Below are positions 22,445-34,255 of a stretch of DNA of 64,000 nt, piece after piece (positions within the stretch are counted from its first letter, which is position 1; the number at the start of each line of letters is the position of its first letter). Below the pieces are notes generated by a model that did no database searches, was not told the origin of the DNA, and was given only the letters and a program-made list of their open reading frames with translations. The DNA comes from an uncultured Methanosarcinaceae archaeon (GTDB lineage: Archaea; Halobacteriota; Methanosarcinia; Methanosarcinales; Methanosarcinaceae). Where the stretch lies: contig CAVTET010000005.1 in NCBI GenBank assembly GCA_963733675.1, positions 128,001 to 192,000 on the forward strand, given 5' to 3'. The position numbers and the translations under genes were made by a program.

Positions 22445-22965
22445 TTTTGAGTTTGTTATCTATCATTTTTTTCTTCTGCTTGCTCTGAACTTTCTTCCTA
22501 TGGGCCACAAATCCACCATCAGTAAGTATATCGAGCAGAAAATCAGGCAGTTTATATCCTGTGAATGTACCTTTATTTAGAACTATAATCTCACCTTTGA
22601 GCAGATCAACTTGATCTCATCTCCTTCCTCACACTCGACATCAGCTTCCAAAATAAATAGCCCGACATTAATTGCATATCTAAAAAAGTTTCTTGCAAAA
22701 GACTTTGCTATAACGCAGGCCACTCCGGGGTATTTCAAAGAGAGAGGATCCTGTTCCCTTGAAAAGCCAAAACCGAAATTTGTGCGTGCAACAATTATAT
22801 CCCCCGGCTTCACTTTTTTTAGGAATCTTTGGGCAATGTCTTTCGTCAAATAAGCTATAAAGTCCTGCATGCATTGGTTCGCATGGTTTTTTCTTGGATA
22901 ATTACATTAGTATCAACCTCGTTTTCGAACTTCCAGACTTGGGCTACAATAAGATTTACCATCAT
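22445..22965 (-). pseudogene. Homoaconitase/isopropylmalate isomerase small subunit (HacB/LeuD family), degraded
   Basis: [62 protein letters not shown]; frameshifts. Confidence 0.85.
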
Positions 22966-23804
22966 AATTCACCTGAAAAGTAAATTTTATAATAGATATT
23001 TTAGTAGCGGAATACGGGAAACAAAAGTAATATTCCATCAAATAGGGCTCAAGAAATAGAATCTTAAAATGAGTCTTGTGAGTCAGTTACTGAAAATCCG
23101 AAACAAGGACTTGCTTTCAAACTTGTAGGAACATAACTATATGACCGCTTTTTTCAGATCTGATTAAAAACTCACGGATACGACCTAGGTTCAATTTTTA
23201 AATATGCCGTATTTCACTTGTTTTGTTTTATTCCTTTTCGATTTCTTTTCTAAATTCTGTGTCATCTATCTCGACTTCTTAGAATTGGTATTCCATTTTA
23301 TATCCTATTTTAGAGCTAAGTAATTGGTATAAGTTTGTCTATAAGGGCTTACGTAGTGAAACTGAAAAGCATCAGCATAGGATTCCCAGCTATTTGAGTT
23401 GTAATATTATGATAGATGTTCATGTGGTTTACTTCGCTCTTCAGTGTGCAAATTCTGCCTTTCAAGCTGTCTCAAAACTTGACCAATTTCTGCAATTGTA
23501 TAATTGGCAATATTTACTTTAAATGTCTAATCGAAAATTAATCTGAATTTCAGGCGCTAATTAGCTTTAAAGGAAGGCACTTAATCCTAATTGTAGAATC
23601 AATTGTAGTTTTGAGTAGCTCGCTTTTTTATTTCACAAATCATAGATTTTTGGGGCATATCTATGCGTTATTGATCAATTTCGAAAAAGCGAGTACTTCC
23701 ACTTCATTTGAGTAAAATGTCAATAGACTATTTTGTTTACGGTTTTCAATAAATCACATCCATTGCTGATTTTCTTAATCATTATTTAAAGTAACTTAAT
23801 TTTG

Positions 23805-23945
23805 TCAGACGTAATTCACCGGAATGGCGTATGGAAAAATATCACTTGTCATTCCAAGCACGCCGGTTCTTACCCTTAAAAGAAACGTTTCGATTTTCCT
23901 CCGGTCTGTGCAATTTCTCTGAGTATAGCGAACCTGATCTATCAA
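23805..23945 (-). pseudogene. Pyridoxamine 5'-phosphate oxidase-like flavin-binding protein, N-terminal remnant
   Basis: DQVRYTQRNCTDRRKIETFLLRVRTGVLGM...PYAIPVNYV*. Confidence 0.55.
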
Positions 23946-24196
23946 ATAGCACCTTTACTGATATTTATTCCATTTGCGTAGGAAATATATTTTTCAGCTG
24001 TTCCATGCAGAATGGTTTTGGAATTACGAATATGTTATAAAAGAATACAGTAACCTATTACCTATTTTTCATTATATATAAATTTCTATATTGGTTTTAT
24101 AAAGCAACCAATTAATAACGCAGAATTCAAGAGATAAAAAGACAAACGTTATAAAAACTGTATCAGAAGCCCTAAAGATAAAATATTATCTGCTAA

Positions 24197-24991
24197 GAGC
24201 CTATCCGAAAAATAATATACTTTCAATTTAAGATCATGTGTGGTAATGACAAAACGGAAAATTGTTCATGACTACGAAATTTCTGAAGATTATTGGAAAA
24301 AATAGAACCTTTACTACCTGTACCTAAGCCAAAAAAGAAGTCTTGAAGACCTAGAAAGGGTGATAGGAAAATAATGAGTGGCATTTTCTATCTTCTTGTT
24401 ACTGGTTGCCAATGGAAAGCATTGCCACGATTTTATGGAGCTCCAAGCACTGTAAATAATCGATATTAGAATGGGAATGACAATCAATTGATGGTGCTAT
24501 GACAAAAGCATCACTAGATGGAGCTGGAACAGGAGCCAATCCTACTGATCGTGGCAAAAAAGGTACAAAAAGGATTGTTTTAACTGATGGTAAAGGCATA
24601 CCACTTTCTGTTGTCGTTGATGGAGCCAATCGTCACGATAAAAAGCTTGTGAAAAGTACTTTAGACGCCATATTCTTTGAAAGACCTTCTGCAGAAGACA
24701 TAATTCAGAATATATGCATGGATAAGGGTTCTGATTTCACCGATATCAGAAAATTGGTTGAAGACTATGGTTATACTGCGCATATCAAAAGTCGTGGAGA
24801 AGAAAACATAAGAAGAGACATACATGGTTTTCGGGCAAGAAGATGGATTGTAGAAAGGACACATTCTTGGCTGAATAGATTCAGAAGACTCCTTATAAGA
24901 TGGGAAAAGAAAATTGAAAATTACCTTGGTATCCTACATTTAGCGTGCGCATTGATAACATTCAGATCAGCAGAACTTTTCGGATAGACTC
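24197..24991 (+). mobile_element. IS5-family element, degenerate and internally deleted, with TAA target duplication
   Basis: Terminal repeats GAGCCTATCCGAAAA and TTTTCGGATAGACTC, each flanked by TAA. Motifs TGCQWKALP, NPTDRGKKGTKR, RWIVERTHSWLNRFRRL. Confidence 0.9.
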
Positions 24992-25261
24992 TAAGTTGAA
25001 TCCCAAACAGCTTGTTTTGGGACTAAAACTTTTCAGAGAGCCATTATGGTAATTAACTGAGTTTATACTTTAATCCGCGTTTATTTATGGCAGTGCACCA
25101 AAAATATTGTAAAATCTAATTGACTTTATGCCATTTTCTTTAACAACAAAAAATAGGATTTATCGTTTTTACGGATGTGGATGTTTTCATACAAAACCTA
25201 AACACCTTAGAGTTAAGATAATTCAAACTTTTGGACCAAAACTATAGCTGTCTAATCGTTT

Positions 25262-25797
25262 TTATGATGGATGCTCTATTCTGTATAAATCTTTCAATGC
25301 AGTTGTGTCGTCAGGGTAAAGTTTTATTGCTTTATTATAATCAAAGATTGCTGCCGCTTTATCGCCTTTAGCTTCGTCAATGATCCCCTTTGCATTCCAA
25401 CCAAAGAAATTGTTTGGATCAAGCATCAAACTTTTATCTGCGTAATTTTCTGCGTCTTCAGATCTACTTTGTTTACTCAAAATTAAGCATTTCCCTACAT
25501 TGTACATTGAATTATAGGGTTTAATAAAAGTGCATGGTCCATTGCTGCATTAGCTTCATTCATTTTAAATTCTTGAGTTAAAACCAGTCCTTTGTAATAC
25601 CATGCGTCTGCATCTTGTGGATCTAGGCTAATTGCTTTATCAAAATTTGATATGGCATCATCGTATTGTTTGGCGCCGCCTAGGATATTTCCTTTTTTGA
25701 CGAGAGCTTGTGATTCTTGGGATGCAGATACTATACCTACTAGCAGCAAAAGAGCTAGAGTAATTATTCCAAAAATGTTGAGCTTTCTATTTACCAA
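25262..25797 (-). pseudogene. Secreted TPR-repeat protein, frameshifted near 25505
   Basis: Signal peptide plus TPR motifs (FDKAISLDPQDADAWYYKG; YNKAIKLYP) in two overlapping frames. Confidence 0.75.
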
Positions 25798-25806
25798 AAA
25801 TATCAG

Positions 25807-26288
25807 TCATGAGTTAAGAATCCATATATAATAGTTAAGCAGCATTGTAAAGCTGACCCAGATTATATAAGGGGGCAACAGGTAAGAAGTTGATTTTGAG
25901 ATTTTTCTAAACTGGATTATTGTCAGAAAGATAGCAAGCCAGAGAAAAATGATATCAACAAAAGCATAGTAAGGGGGACTTTAGCCCGAAAAATAAAAAG
26001 GACCAGAGGAAGTTAAGACCTAACTGTATTCCAAAAATAAGCAAACCCATTTTTACTTCTCGCTGTTGCAGTCCCTTTTCCCAAACAATGTAGAAGGAGA
26101 TCCCCATAAGCGTATAGGGAGCAACCCATACCGGAAAAAAGATCCATGACGGAGGGCTAAAAGCTGGCTTTTCAAGCAAAAAACCAGTTTTCAAGAGATG
26201 AAACCGTAAATGCTGAACCGATAGCTTCAGCAAGCTGGCAAAGCAACACTTAGGCAAAAAGCTTAAAGGAATTTACTTTCTGAGCCAT
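25807..26288 (-). pseudogene. TspO/MBR tryptophan-rich sensory protein, degraded
   Basis: LEKPAFSPPSWIFFPVW...QLGLNFLWSFLFFG; stops and frameshifts at both ends. Confidence 0.85.
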
Positions 26289-26800
26289 ATAAGATGCCTA
26301 AAATATTTTGTCCTCTAATAATATTAATTTTGAGTTTAGAAGATTTCGATAAGCTTCAATTTCCGGCTAGCTGTTTATAAAAGTATGTGTAAGCAAGTTG
26401 TTGAAATCAGAGGTTTATCTAAATTTTTTTGACTATAATTCCTCTTAAGTGATGCATCAATTGCCTGCTGTCCCTATTTCCAGTAAATCCTTACATTCAG
26501 CTCCTCAAGGTGGGAAGATCCATTCCAGATAATATTAATGTTCTTCTAACAATTTAGGTCATGGAAAGCTTTGTAATTTGTAATATCTGCATCATAAAAT
26601 ATGAAGCTTCTTTCTTCATGTTCATAGTATTGAATCCCAGCATGATGTAGGCAAGTTTACTTGTTCCTGCATCTCTTGTACAGATTATGTTTTGGACTTC
26701 CTCCTACTATTTCAAGGTTTAACTCCATGAAAAATTACTTCCCATAATGACTCAATTTTAGATTTTTAAAAGACAGAATACATGATATGTCTAGCAAATT

Positions 26801-27412
26801 TTAGTTTTTGCACTGCAGTAAATTCCTACAGCGCTGGAGGTCCTGTACAGTATTCACGTTTATTGCTAACTTGGGATTCTCAAGTATAAGATTAAAGTCT
26901 TCCTGTTCGTTTCTGATTTGAGAACTGTCCAGAATATTAATCCCGGTAGGTACAATTAGTTTACCATCCTTGTTGAAAACCGTTTCAGGTCTGATTCCAG
27001 CTCCCTTGCAGATATTTATTGGGACATATACTGAAAGTGCCGGTTTTTCTGCTTCCCAGTATTTCTCAATTATCGAATCTATAAGCTCTGAATCTATCAG
27101 GGGAATATCTGACATAATAATCATTACTGAACCAGTTGTTTGTGAAGTTTCTACTGCATAAATCATATCCCCTACGTAGTTTCCTCCAAAGGTCCTGATT
27201 ACTTGAATCTCTCCTTTATAATATTCCCGAATCATAATTTCAGTCTTAGGGGTTGCAGGAGATACTGCTACAAAGACACGATCTATATTCTTTGTGGTTA
27301 TGAGGGTATCTATTACATAGCTTATGAGTGGTTTTCCAAGTAATTCAACACACGGCTTTTCCCCCATTCCAAGCCGTTGTCCGAATCCTCCTGCCATTAC
27401 AATAGCATTCAT
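26801..27412 (-). CDS. cobY: Adenosylcobinamide-phosphate guanylyltransferase
   Basis: MAGGFGQRL.MGEKP NTP-transferase motif; cob operon context. Confidence 0.85.
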   Translation of the reverse strand: MNAIVMAGGFGQRLGMGEKPCVELLGKPLISYVIDTLITTKNIDRVFVAVSPATPKTEIMIREYYKGEIQVIRTFGGNYVGDMIYAVETSQTTGSVMIIMSDIPLIDSELIDSIIEKYWEAEKPALSVYVPINICKGAGIRPETVFNKDGKLIVPTGINILDSSQIRNEQEDFNLILENPKLAINVNTVQDLQRCRNLLQCKN

Positions 27413-27434
27413 TCCAAATCTCTCAGGTATCCAT

Positions 27435-28235
27435 TTAATGAAATTTCAGGATAACTGCGATAACACTTAGTGCAGTCACCCTTCCGATTTCGTTAGCAAC
27501 ACCTATTCCGTCTCCATTTAACCCGCCAAAATGTGCATAGCTCCTGTTAAGAATTACCAGAGCAGAGACGCATGCTCCCAGATAGGGTAATAGCCCTATC
27601 CACCCAAAAGGCAGAGAACATAAAATAGCTCCTAACGCAAATCCTATAAGGAAATTCTGTTTGGTTGCTCCGTTTATAGTCATTGTTCCAAGGCTAGGAT
27701 AAGCCTGTTTTCCCTGGAGAGGTATAGGCTTTCCAAAAGCAGCGATTGTAAGCATGGATTGCTTTGCACTAACTTCTGCGATAAACATTGATGCGAACAT
27801 CAACATTGGAAGGTTATATCCAACAACTGAGCCTTCTTCTTGTACTGCTTTTATTGAACCATACAAAATAAGTAACAGCAGAATGCAGAAGGAGACTCCT
27901 CCTGTTCCGAGGTTCGTGTCCTTCAGGGCCTGTATTTTTTTTTCAAGTGATCCGTGAGCCATAAAACCATCTCCTACATCAGTGACTCCGTCAAGATGAT
28001 TGAAACCCGTTATATAATATATGAATCCCATGATAAGGGCTGTAAGAACTGCTTCCGGAATAATTATCTGTCCTATGTATGCTGCTGTCCCTATGATAAT
28101 ACCTAGCACGGCTCCTGCAATTGGGTATAAGTATATTTTCCCCATAAGCTCATTGATCCCTTCCATGCTGATCCCCACAGGGATAGTGGACAGGAACCCC
28201 AAACTGGATTTAAAAGCAAGTAAAAATGAATTCAT
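27435..28235 (-). CDS. cobS: Adenosylcobinamide-GDP ribazoletransferase (cobalamin synthase)
   Basis: [30 protein letters not shown]. Confidence 0.92.
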   Translation of the reverse strand: MNSFLLAFKSSLGFLSTIPVGISMEGINELMGKIYLYPIAGAVLGIIIGTAAYIGQIIIPEAVLTALIMGFIYYITGFNHLDGVTDVGDGFMAHGSLEKKIQALKDTNLGTGGVSFCILLLLILYGSIKAVQEEGSVVGYNLPMLMFASMFIAEVSAKQSMLTIAAFGKPIPLQGKQAYPSLGTMTINGATKQNFLIGFALGAILCSLPFGWIGLLPYLGACVSALVILNRSYAHFGGLNGDGIGVANEIGRVTALSVIAVILKFH

Positions 28236-28795
28236 AGGATTTCACCTGTTTCCCAATCTTTTGTTTCGAGTTCTGCCAGACCTCTTGAATACATACTGGA
28301 GGATACTCCTCCTATAAGCCCACCTATCACATCATCAATAAACGGTCCCAGGTTTGAAAGGATTCCTGGCTTTTGTTTGTCATACCTTACAAACTCGAAT
28401 GCTCCTTTGGAGCCGCTAATATAGGTTGCAATACTTGTGCCAAGAACCTCATCTGCAATTATGAAACTCATGTCTTTTTCATAGGAACTTTTGCTAATGT
28501 TCGGAAGATTTCCTGCCCTGCCTTCCCTCTCAAGCAGAATCCCGGAATAAATCAAAATGCATAGGTTTGGGTCCGAAAGAGCGTACTTGAGTTCTCTTTT
28601 AAACAAATATTCGGCTTTTTTCCTTGTCTCGAGCCCAGGATGTGGGATGTACATTTCGAGAGCTGTGTCTACAAGATCCTGAGCACTGATGCCCTCTTCA
28701 GAAAGGACATCGAGTATGTCAATGGTAACTCTACCCTCTACTTTTTCAGGTTTCCCTTTTTTCAGGTTCCTTTCATCAATATCTGATAACTTCAT
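28232..28795 (-). CDS. cobZ: Alpha-ribazole phosphatase, archaeal CobZ type
   Basis: [29 protein letters not shown]; operon context. Confidence 0.8.
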   Translation of the reverse strand: MKLSDIDERNLKKGKPEKVEGRVTIDILDVLSEEGISAQDLVDTALEMYIPHPGLETRKKAEYLFKRELKYALSDPNLCILIYSGILLEREGRAGNLPNISKSSYEKDMSFIIADEVLGTSIATYISGSKGAFEFVRYDKQKPGILSNLGPFIDDVIGGLIGGVSSSMYSRGLAELETKDWETGEIL

Positions 28796-28878
28796 AAGAT
28801 CACGTTACGATTTTTATCCTGGCTAGGTCAACTTTAGTAAGTTATTAATTCTATAAATAGAGTTTAACTTCATACTGG

Positions 28879-29031
28879 TTTGTCCTACATTCTGTATATT
28901 GTACACAGATGTAGAATTTGTTTGCCTATTTGACCACCATATATTCATTGAAAGTTAGATTAATTTTTAAGCTATTGTCATATTGAGAAAATGGATGGCA
29001 CTCTTGTGTACATCTGTAGTAAGTGGATTTA
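28879..29031. repeat. ~150-bp dispersed repeat/MITE, copy A
   Basis: Shares TATTCATTGAAAG...TTTTTAAGCTA...TATTGAGAAAATGGATGGCA.TCTTGTGTACATCTG.AG.AAGTGGATTTA with three other loci. Confidence 0.8.
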
Positions 29032-29160
29032 TATTTTCTAGCTGGATTTTACTGCTTTTGGTAGAGTAGCATTCTTCGGCTTGTTCCGCTTTCTCAAAGT
29101 TTTATTTTAGAATAAAATCCTTCTTGTGACAATACTAGGTTCTGACAAATAAGGAATGGA

Positions 29161-30147
29161 TCAGAGGCACAAATGAATTCCTACTATCTGGATTACTGCC
29201 ATAAAGGCAGCAAGTGAGAATCCTGAAGCAATTGCTATTAATTGGGATACTCTTTTTATATCCTTTATTTCAGTAGGGGGGTATAATGCTCCCAAAACGT
29301 AATAATCAGGCTTTTCGAGTTTGACTCCGAGAGCTCCTGCAGTCGCAGCCATAGGATAGCCGGAATTAGGAGATGGAGTTTTCATGCCATCTTCCAGGAC
29401 ACTCTTGATACTATTAAAGGGGTTTATTTTTCCTTGTTTTTTCGGGAGCATAGCTACTATAAGAGCTGCTGCAAGAATAAATATGACAGATATTCGAGCT
29501 GGGATCCAGTTCAATGCATCATCGGATTTCGCAGAGAAGTATCCTAGTTCCTTATACTGTTTGGTAGTATACCCAACCATGGAATCTAGGGTACTTATAG
29601 CTTTGAATGCATATGCAGCAACAAGCCCGAATTCCCCAAATAGAACATAATATAAAATGGGGCTCAAGATGCAGTCTACGTAATTCTCGGATACAGATTC
29701 AATAACTGCAGAAGACATCTGGGTCTTTGTCAGTTTGGAAGTGTTCCGACTTACATAGATAGGAAGCAATTCTCTGACTTTTTCAAGCCTGTTTTCTTCA
29801 AGGTACTTGTAAATCTCCCTTGCCGGACTCAGGAGACATTTAATAGCAAATGTAGCTTTCAGGAAATAAGCTTCTATAAGGATTGCAAGAATTCTTGGCA
29901 TTCCAGGAAGAGCTGCAATGTATAGGACGAAATAACCAAGTGAAGCTGCGAAAAAAACACAGCAGAGAACCATTATAAATCCATAAAATTTTCTATGGAT
30001 TTTAGGAGCTATATTTTTCAGAAAATTAATTAATTTTCCCATCCATATAACCGGATGCACAGCAGCTGGCGGTTCCCCGAAAATGATGTCTATAGTTATT
30101 GCCAGCAAAAGTACCATAGCCAGGTGACCGCTATCTGGCATGATCAT
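29161..30147 (-). CDS. cbiB: Adenosylcobinamide-phosphate synthase
   Basis: GEPP..HPVIWMG, IESVSEN, STLDSMVGY, PSPNSGYPMAA. Confidence 0.93.
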   Translation of the reverse strand: MIMPDSGHLAMVLLLAITIDIIFGEPPAAVHPVIWMGKLINFLKNIAPKIHRKFYGFIMVLCCVFFAASLGYFVLYIAALPGMPRILAILIEAYFLKATFAIKCLLSPAREIYKYLEENRLEKVRELLPIYVSRNTSKLTKTQMSSAVIESVSENYVDCILSPILYYVLFGEFGLVAAYAFKAISTLDSMVGYTTKQYKELGYFSAKSDDALNWIPARISVIFILAAALIVAMLPKKQGKINPFNSIKSVLEDGMKTPSPNSGYPMAATAGALGVKLEKPDYYVLGALYPPTEIKDIKRVSQLIAIASGFSLAAFMAVIQIVGIHLCL

Positions 30148-31634
30148 AGACTCGGCTCCACTACTTTTTTCCAGGCTATTTTCACAAGTTCATCAGCATC
30201 TTCTTCCTGCATGAGGGTGTCAAGGATTTTTCGGGCTATTTCCTTATTGTGAACAATATGGCAGTCGATACAACTCCATACTTTGCTGCCCCCTGAGCTC
30301 GTTATCCATTTTCCCTTTGTGCATTCGTTCTCACATGGATAAAAAGGGCAGAAGCAGAAGGTACAGTTTTGACCTTCAAAATGACAGGGATAGTATTCAC
30401 AGGTCTTCCGACCTTCGATTCCTATTTCAGAGGCGTTTTCAATTACATTCTGTAGTTCATTCTTTGCCTGTTCTTTGCCCCATTGGGAAATGACATCTCC
30501 TATTGCAGCAACAAGCTTGTCATTTTCTTCTGCGTTCCGGACTGCAACTCTTATGTATTCTTTCTCAAGGCCACGGAACGAGACACAGTCCCGGATAAGA
30601 ACTCCACGAGCTGCAAGGCATGCGCTCAATTCGCTGGAATTAAGAATGAATTTGCTGATATCAACTAAAATAAAATTTACATTTACTTCCCCTGCTTTGA
30701 ATCCCCTAATTTTGTCGAGTTTAGCTTTGAGCTTTTCTCCTTCTTCTCTGATTAAAGCTCTTGCTTTTCCAAGATACGGATTGTTTATACCGCCTTCGAT
30801 GTTAAGAAGTGCAGTTCCTATAACATTTGCCACTGTACCAAGGTTCCAGGAGAGCCTGGAGGCATTAAGGATTTCAGTCATTTCAGGGGTAGCTACCCCG
30901 AAGCCCATTCTTATTCCTGGCATTGCAAAATCCTTCGTAAGGGAACGAAGGACAAAAACGTAGTTATTTATTGCTGCTAGATCTGCAACACTCTGGGAAG
31001 GATCAGAGAGTTCGATAAAGGCCTCATCCACGAAAAGGAGAGTACCATGATTCCGACAGCGTTCTGCAAGAGCTTTAATTTCTTCTTTGGTGCGGAGCTT
31101 TCCTGTTGGGTTATTCGGATTGCAAATAAAAAGGATTTTTGCTCTCTCAAGAACCTCATTAGGAAGTGTTTCTACATCTTCCTCATTGGAATATTCAGGT
31201 CTTGCTCCCATGATTTGGCATTGTAATTCATATTCCCCGAAAGTGGGCCATGGGAAAAGAATCGTATCCCCTTTTTCAACCACACATTCGACTACAAGCC
31301 GAATAATTTCCGTGGAACCATTACCAGGAATAATATTTTGTGGAGTTACTCCGTGCCCTACAAACCTTGCTGCAGCATTTCTGAACTCCAGATACCGATT
31401 ATCTGGATACTTCATAAGTTTTTCGACACTCTTTTTGAGAATGTTATCTAAGTTTAATCCGCTGTCCTCATTCTCAAAGGGATTTCCCAGGGGATTTAAG
31501 TTTGTACTGAAGTCAAGAATTTCGCTTTCAGGAATCCCGTAAGTCTCAGAAGTTTCTTGAATTAGCCCTCCATGCCTACAGGATTTCAGGGTTAGTAGAT
31601 GCTCTTTTAGAGGTACACTTCTTTGCTTTGACAC
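30144..31634 (-). CDS. cobD: L-threonine-O-3-phosphate decarboxylase with C-terminal Cys-rich domain
   Basis: HGG, DFSTNLNP, NPNNPTG, RSLTKDF; C-terminal CEYYPCH...CTFCFCPFYPC. Confidence 0.9.
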   Translation of the reverse strand: MSKQRSVPLKEHLLTLKSCRHGGLIQETSETYGIPESEILDFSTNLNPLGNPFENEDSGLNLDNILKKSVEKLMKYPDNRYLEFRNAAARFVGHGVTPQNIIPGNGSTEIIRLVVECVVEKGDTILFPWPTFGEYELQCQIMGARPEYSNEEDVETLPNEVLERAKILFICNPNNPTGKLRTKEEIKALAERCRNHGTLLFVDEAFIELSDPSQSVADLAAINNYVFVLRSLTKDFAMPGIRMGFGVATPEMTEILNASRLSWNLGTVANVIGTALLNIEGGINNPYLGKARALIREEGEKLKAKLDKIRGFKAGEVNVNFILVDISKFILNSSELSACLAARGVLIRDCVSFRGLEKEYIRVAVRNAEENDKLVAAIGDVISQWGKEQAKNELQNVIENASEIGIEGRKTCEYYPCHFEGQNCTFCFCPFYPCENECTKGKWITSSGGSKVWSCIDCHIVHNKEIARKILDTLMQEEDADELVKIAWKKVVEPSL

Positions 31635-32249
31635 GGTGATCTAAAATATTAGTGTAAATCATGTATATTAAGTTACTTATTATATTAAGCAGTGCAAACT
31701 TTCCTTTATTTGCTTTACAATTGTTTGATTGTGAAAACTTTCATTTTGGAAATCCATTTTACTTTATTTCACAAAACAAATATATTACCATAATATTATT
31801 TTTTATTTATCTGTGAAGTTTTCACTGATTTCGGAGAATAGTAAAAATGTAACTATTCAAGTACTCTTTTGAAAGCTAATCAATTTTATCTCATACTTAG
31901 GGGAAATTTGATTCAACACTAATTTAATAGTTTGATTTTAATGTTGAAACGGTAGTTTCAATTTGCTGATTCCAGAAAGATTATTCTTATTCAGTTACAA
32001 TTTTTCCTCAATAGTTCACAAAAAAATCATCCATAAATATTAATTCAATTTTGTTTAATTGCCTCTAGAAGATTCAACATTTTGAAATTATGAGGCAGAA
32101 ATTATGCATAGTCTCTACTAAACTCTGTTGTGATTTTTTGAGGCATATTTTTGAGTTTATATGACTATTAATCGAGGTCGAAGCGCTAGATCTCTTTCTC
32201 GATTAAATTTCATTAGATGAATCTCTATAAACTGTTATAATTTGAGTAT

Positions 32250-32500
32250 TGGAGAGCTTAAACCTCTTGACAATAATTTTTGCTCATGAAAACCTGTATT
32301 GATTTTGCTCTTAAAGAAGAATACAAACATCCTCAGTTAGTTGGAGACTAACTTGCTAAAATCTACTCAGTTAATTGATTGGAAAGATTTTCGTATAATT
32401 TTTCAATCCAGACCATTTTTAAAAAAATTATGAGGCAGACATAAAACTGAAGTAATCATTATGTTTAAAATGTTCGTATTATAGCATGGAATGGTCTTTA
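32250..32500 (+). mobile_element. IS5-family transposase 5' remnant
   Basis: MKTCIDFALKEEYKHPQLVGD*LA...LIDWKDF is similar to the remnants at 44557 and 50931. Confidence 0.65.
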
Positions 32501-32908
32501 TTTGTTCATTCAAATCCGGTGCACACAAAAGAGGATAAATTTTGAGAAAATGAAGCAAAAAAAGCATATATGCAAATGAAGTAATTTGACTTTGAACAAT
32601 TTCTTAATATCCAGATTGGGGGTGTGAGCACACCTAGCTGCTTGCAGCTTGATGAAACATCGAAATTATGATTGTGATATTGAAAAAGTTGAGGGGAAAA
32701 CAATGTGTAAAGCCTGTTACTATCTATCCCCGTGTTTTCTCTTTAATTCCTTCCACTTGGTATTTTATTGGATTTTCTGTAAATTAAAAGTTAAATTTTC
32801 ACATTATTTGTGTAATTTGACTTTAAACATTGGATTTCTCTACTCAACAAATTCTTTAAATTTTTTTAGTTTATCGAAAATTAGGCACAATGCCTACAGT
32901 CTCAACTT

Positions 32909-33457
32909 TTAGTCTGTCGTAACAAAGACCATTGCAGCTACAACTGTTGTCCATTTTCCATCTTTGTCGCCTTTTGCAGTCTGACAAATGTGGAACGAAT
33001 CAAATATGTGGCCACTGGCTTTATATACCTGTTCTCTCGCATACCAGGCCATTTCAGCATCAAACTCTATCCCTAAAGTTGTTGCAAGCATTGTTGCTGC
33101 CAGGTCTTCTGCATATTCTCCTGCAATAATCTCTTCTTCTCCAAAAGAATGATGTTCAGAAATATAACCGTAATTTTCTCCATTTACCGGAAGAGCAGTT
33201 CCTATAGCTGAAGCCATCAAACGATGTGGTTCGTTAGTATCATTCCTTGCAAGTACACAATGGACAATGTCACCAGGTTTTAGCCGTAAAAGTCCTTCAT
33301 CTTTATGTACGATTTTGCAATTTGGAGGTAGAATGCTTGAAACACTTACAAGGTTGTATTTTTCTATTCCAGCAGCTCTCAACGCAAGTTCAAAAGATGC
33401 TAATCTATCTTTATGCACCCCGCTACCTTTTGTTACAAATGCTTTTTTTGGGATCAT
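32909..33457 (-). CDS. pdaD: Pyruvoyl-dependent arginine decarboxylase
   Basis: SFELALR.AGIEKYNLVSVSSILPP self-cleavage motif; GYISEHH. Confidence 0.92.
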   Translation of the reverse strand: MIPKKAFVTKGSGVHKDRLASFELALRAAGIEKYNLVSVSSILPPNCKIVHKDEGLLRLKPGDIVHCVLARNDTNEPHRLMASAIGTALPVNGENYGYISEHHSFGEEEIIAGEYAEDLAATMLATTLGIEFDAEMAWYAREQVYKASGHIFDSFHICQTAKGDKDGKWTTVVAAMVFVTTD

Positions 33458-33476
33458 ATTAACTCCTTAAGTATCT

Positions 33477-33623
33477 TTATCCGCCATCCTGCATATATAT
33501 GCAGATGCAGATTCTGTTTGCCATTTGTCCACTATTATTCATTGAAAATTAAAATAGTTTTTAAGCTACTAGTTTATTGAGAGATATATAGCATTCTTGG
33601 TACATCCGCGAAAAATGGGTTTA
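33477..33623. repeat. ~150-bp dispersed repeat/MITE, copy B
   Basis: Aligns by eye to copy A. Confidence 0.75.
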
Positions 33624-34255
33624 TGCATCCTGTGGATTTCCATTGTATGAGTAACCAAATATATAAACTACTTTAAAACTTATTGAACATAATTAAATGA
33701 ACTATTTTTTTTCATGCTTCAAATGTGGATAAAAGTTATGAACTTTTTCCTACTAATTTGAGACTTTTTTATTATTATCTGGTTTTGAATTGATTGCAAT
33801 TATGGTCAAAGCAGGAATATTCACATGTCTAGAAAACAATGATGGTAGTTAACACATTGAAAAGTGCAGTTAATTGTTGAGTTGATCATACTCCTAACGA
33901 AAGGATAGAACACAGAAAGAGTGGAAAATATGGGAAATGAAGGACATATGCAATCTTTCCCTACTTCCCACTTACTCATGGTTTCAGACCCTGGAGCAGA
34001 TTCTATTGTTCAGCGTTCTTTATAATGACAGCACTTTATCAATTAATTGAATAGCTGTTATTTATATCTTAATATACACAAATTAATACTGTGTAAACTA
34101 AATGCCATTATAACATTGATATTTTATTCCATAAGTATATCCCAGACTTTATAACATTATAAGTTTATCAGTATAGAACCTTATACAAAATATATTTTTA
34201 TCAAAAGGACATTCTAAAAATCAATCTAATTTTTATGCGACATGGAGAATATTAG

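Noticed and set aside
30144-30420. Cys-rich C-terminal extension on CobD
   Set aside because: This is an already described feature of Methanosarcina CobD, so it is not novel.
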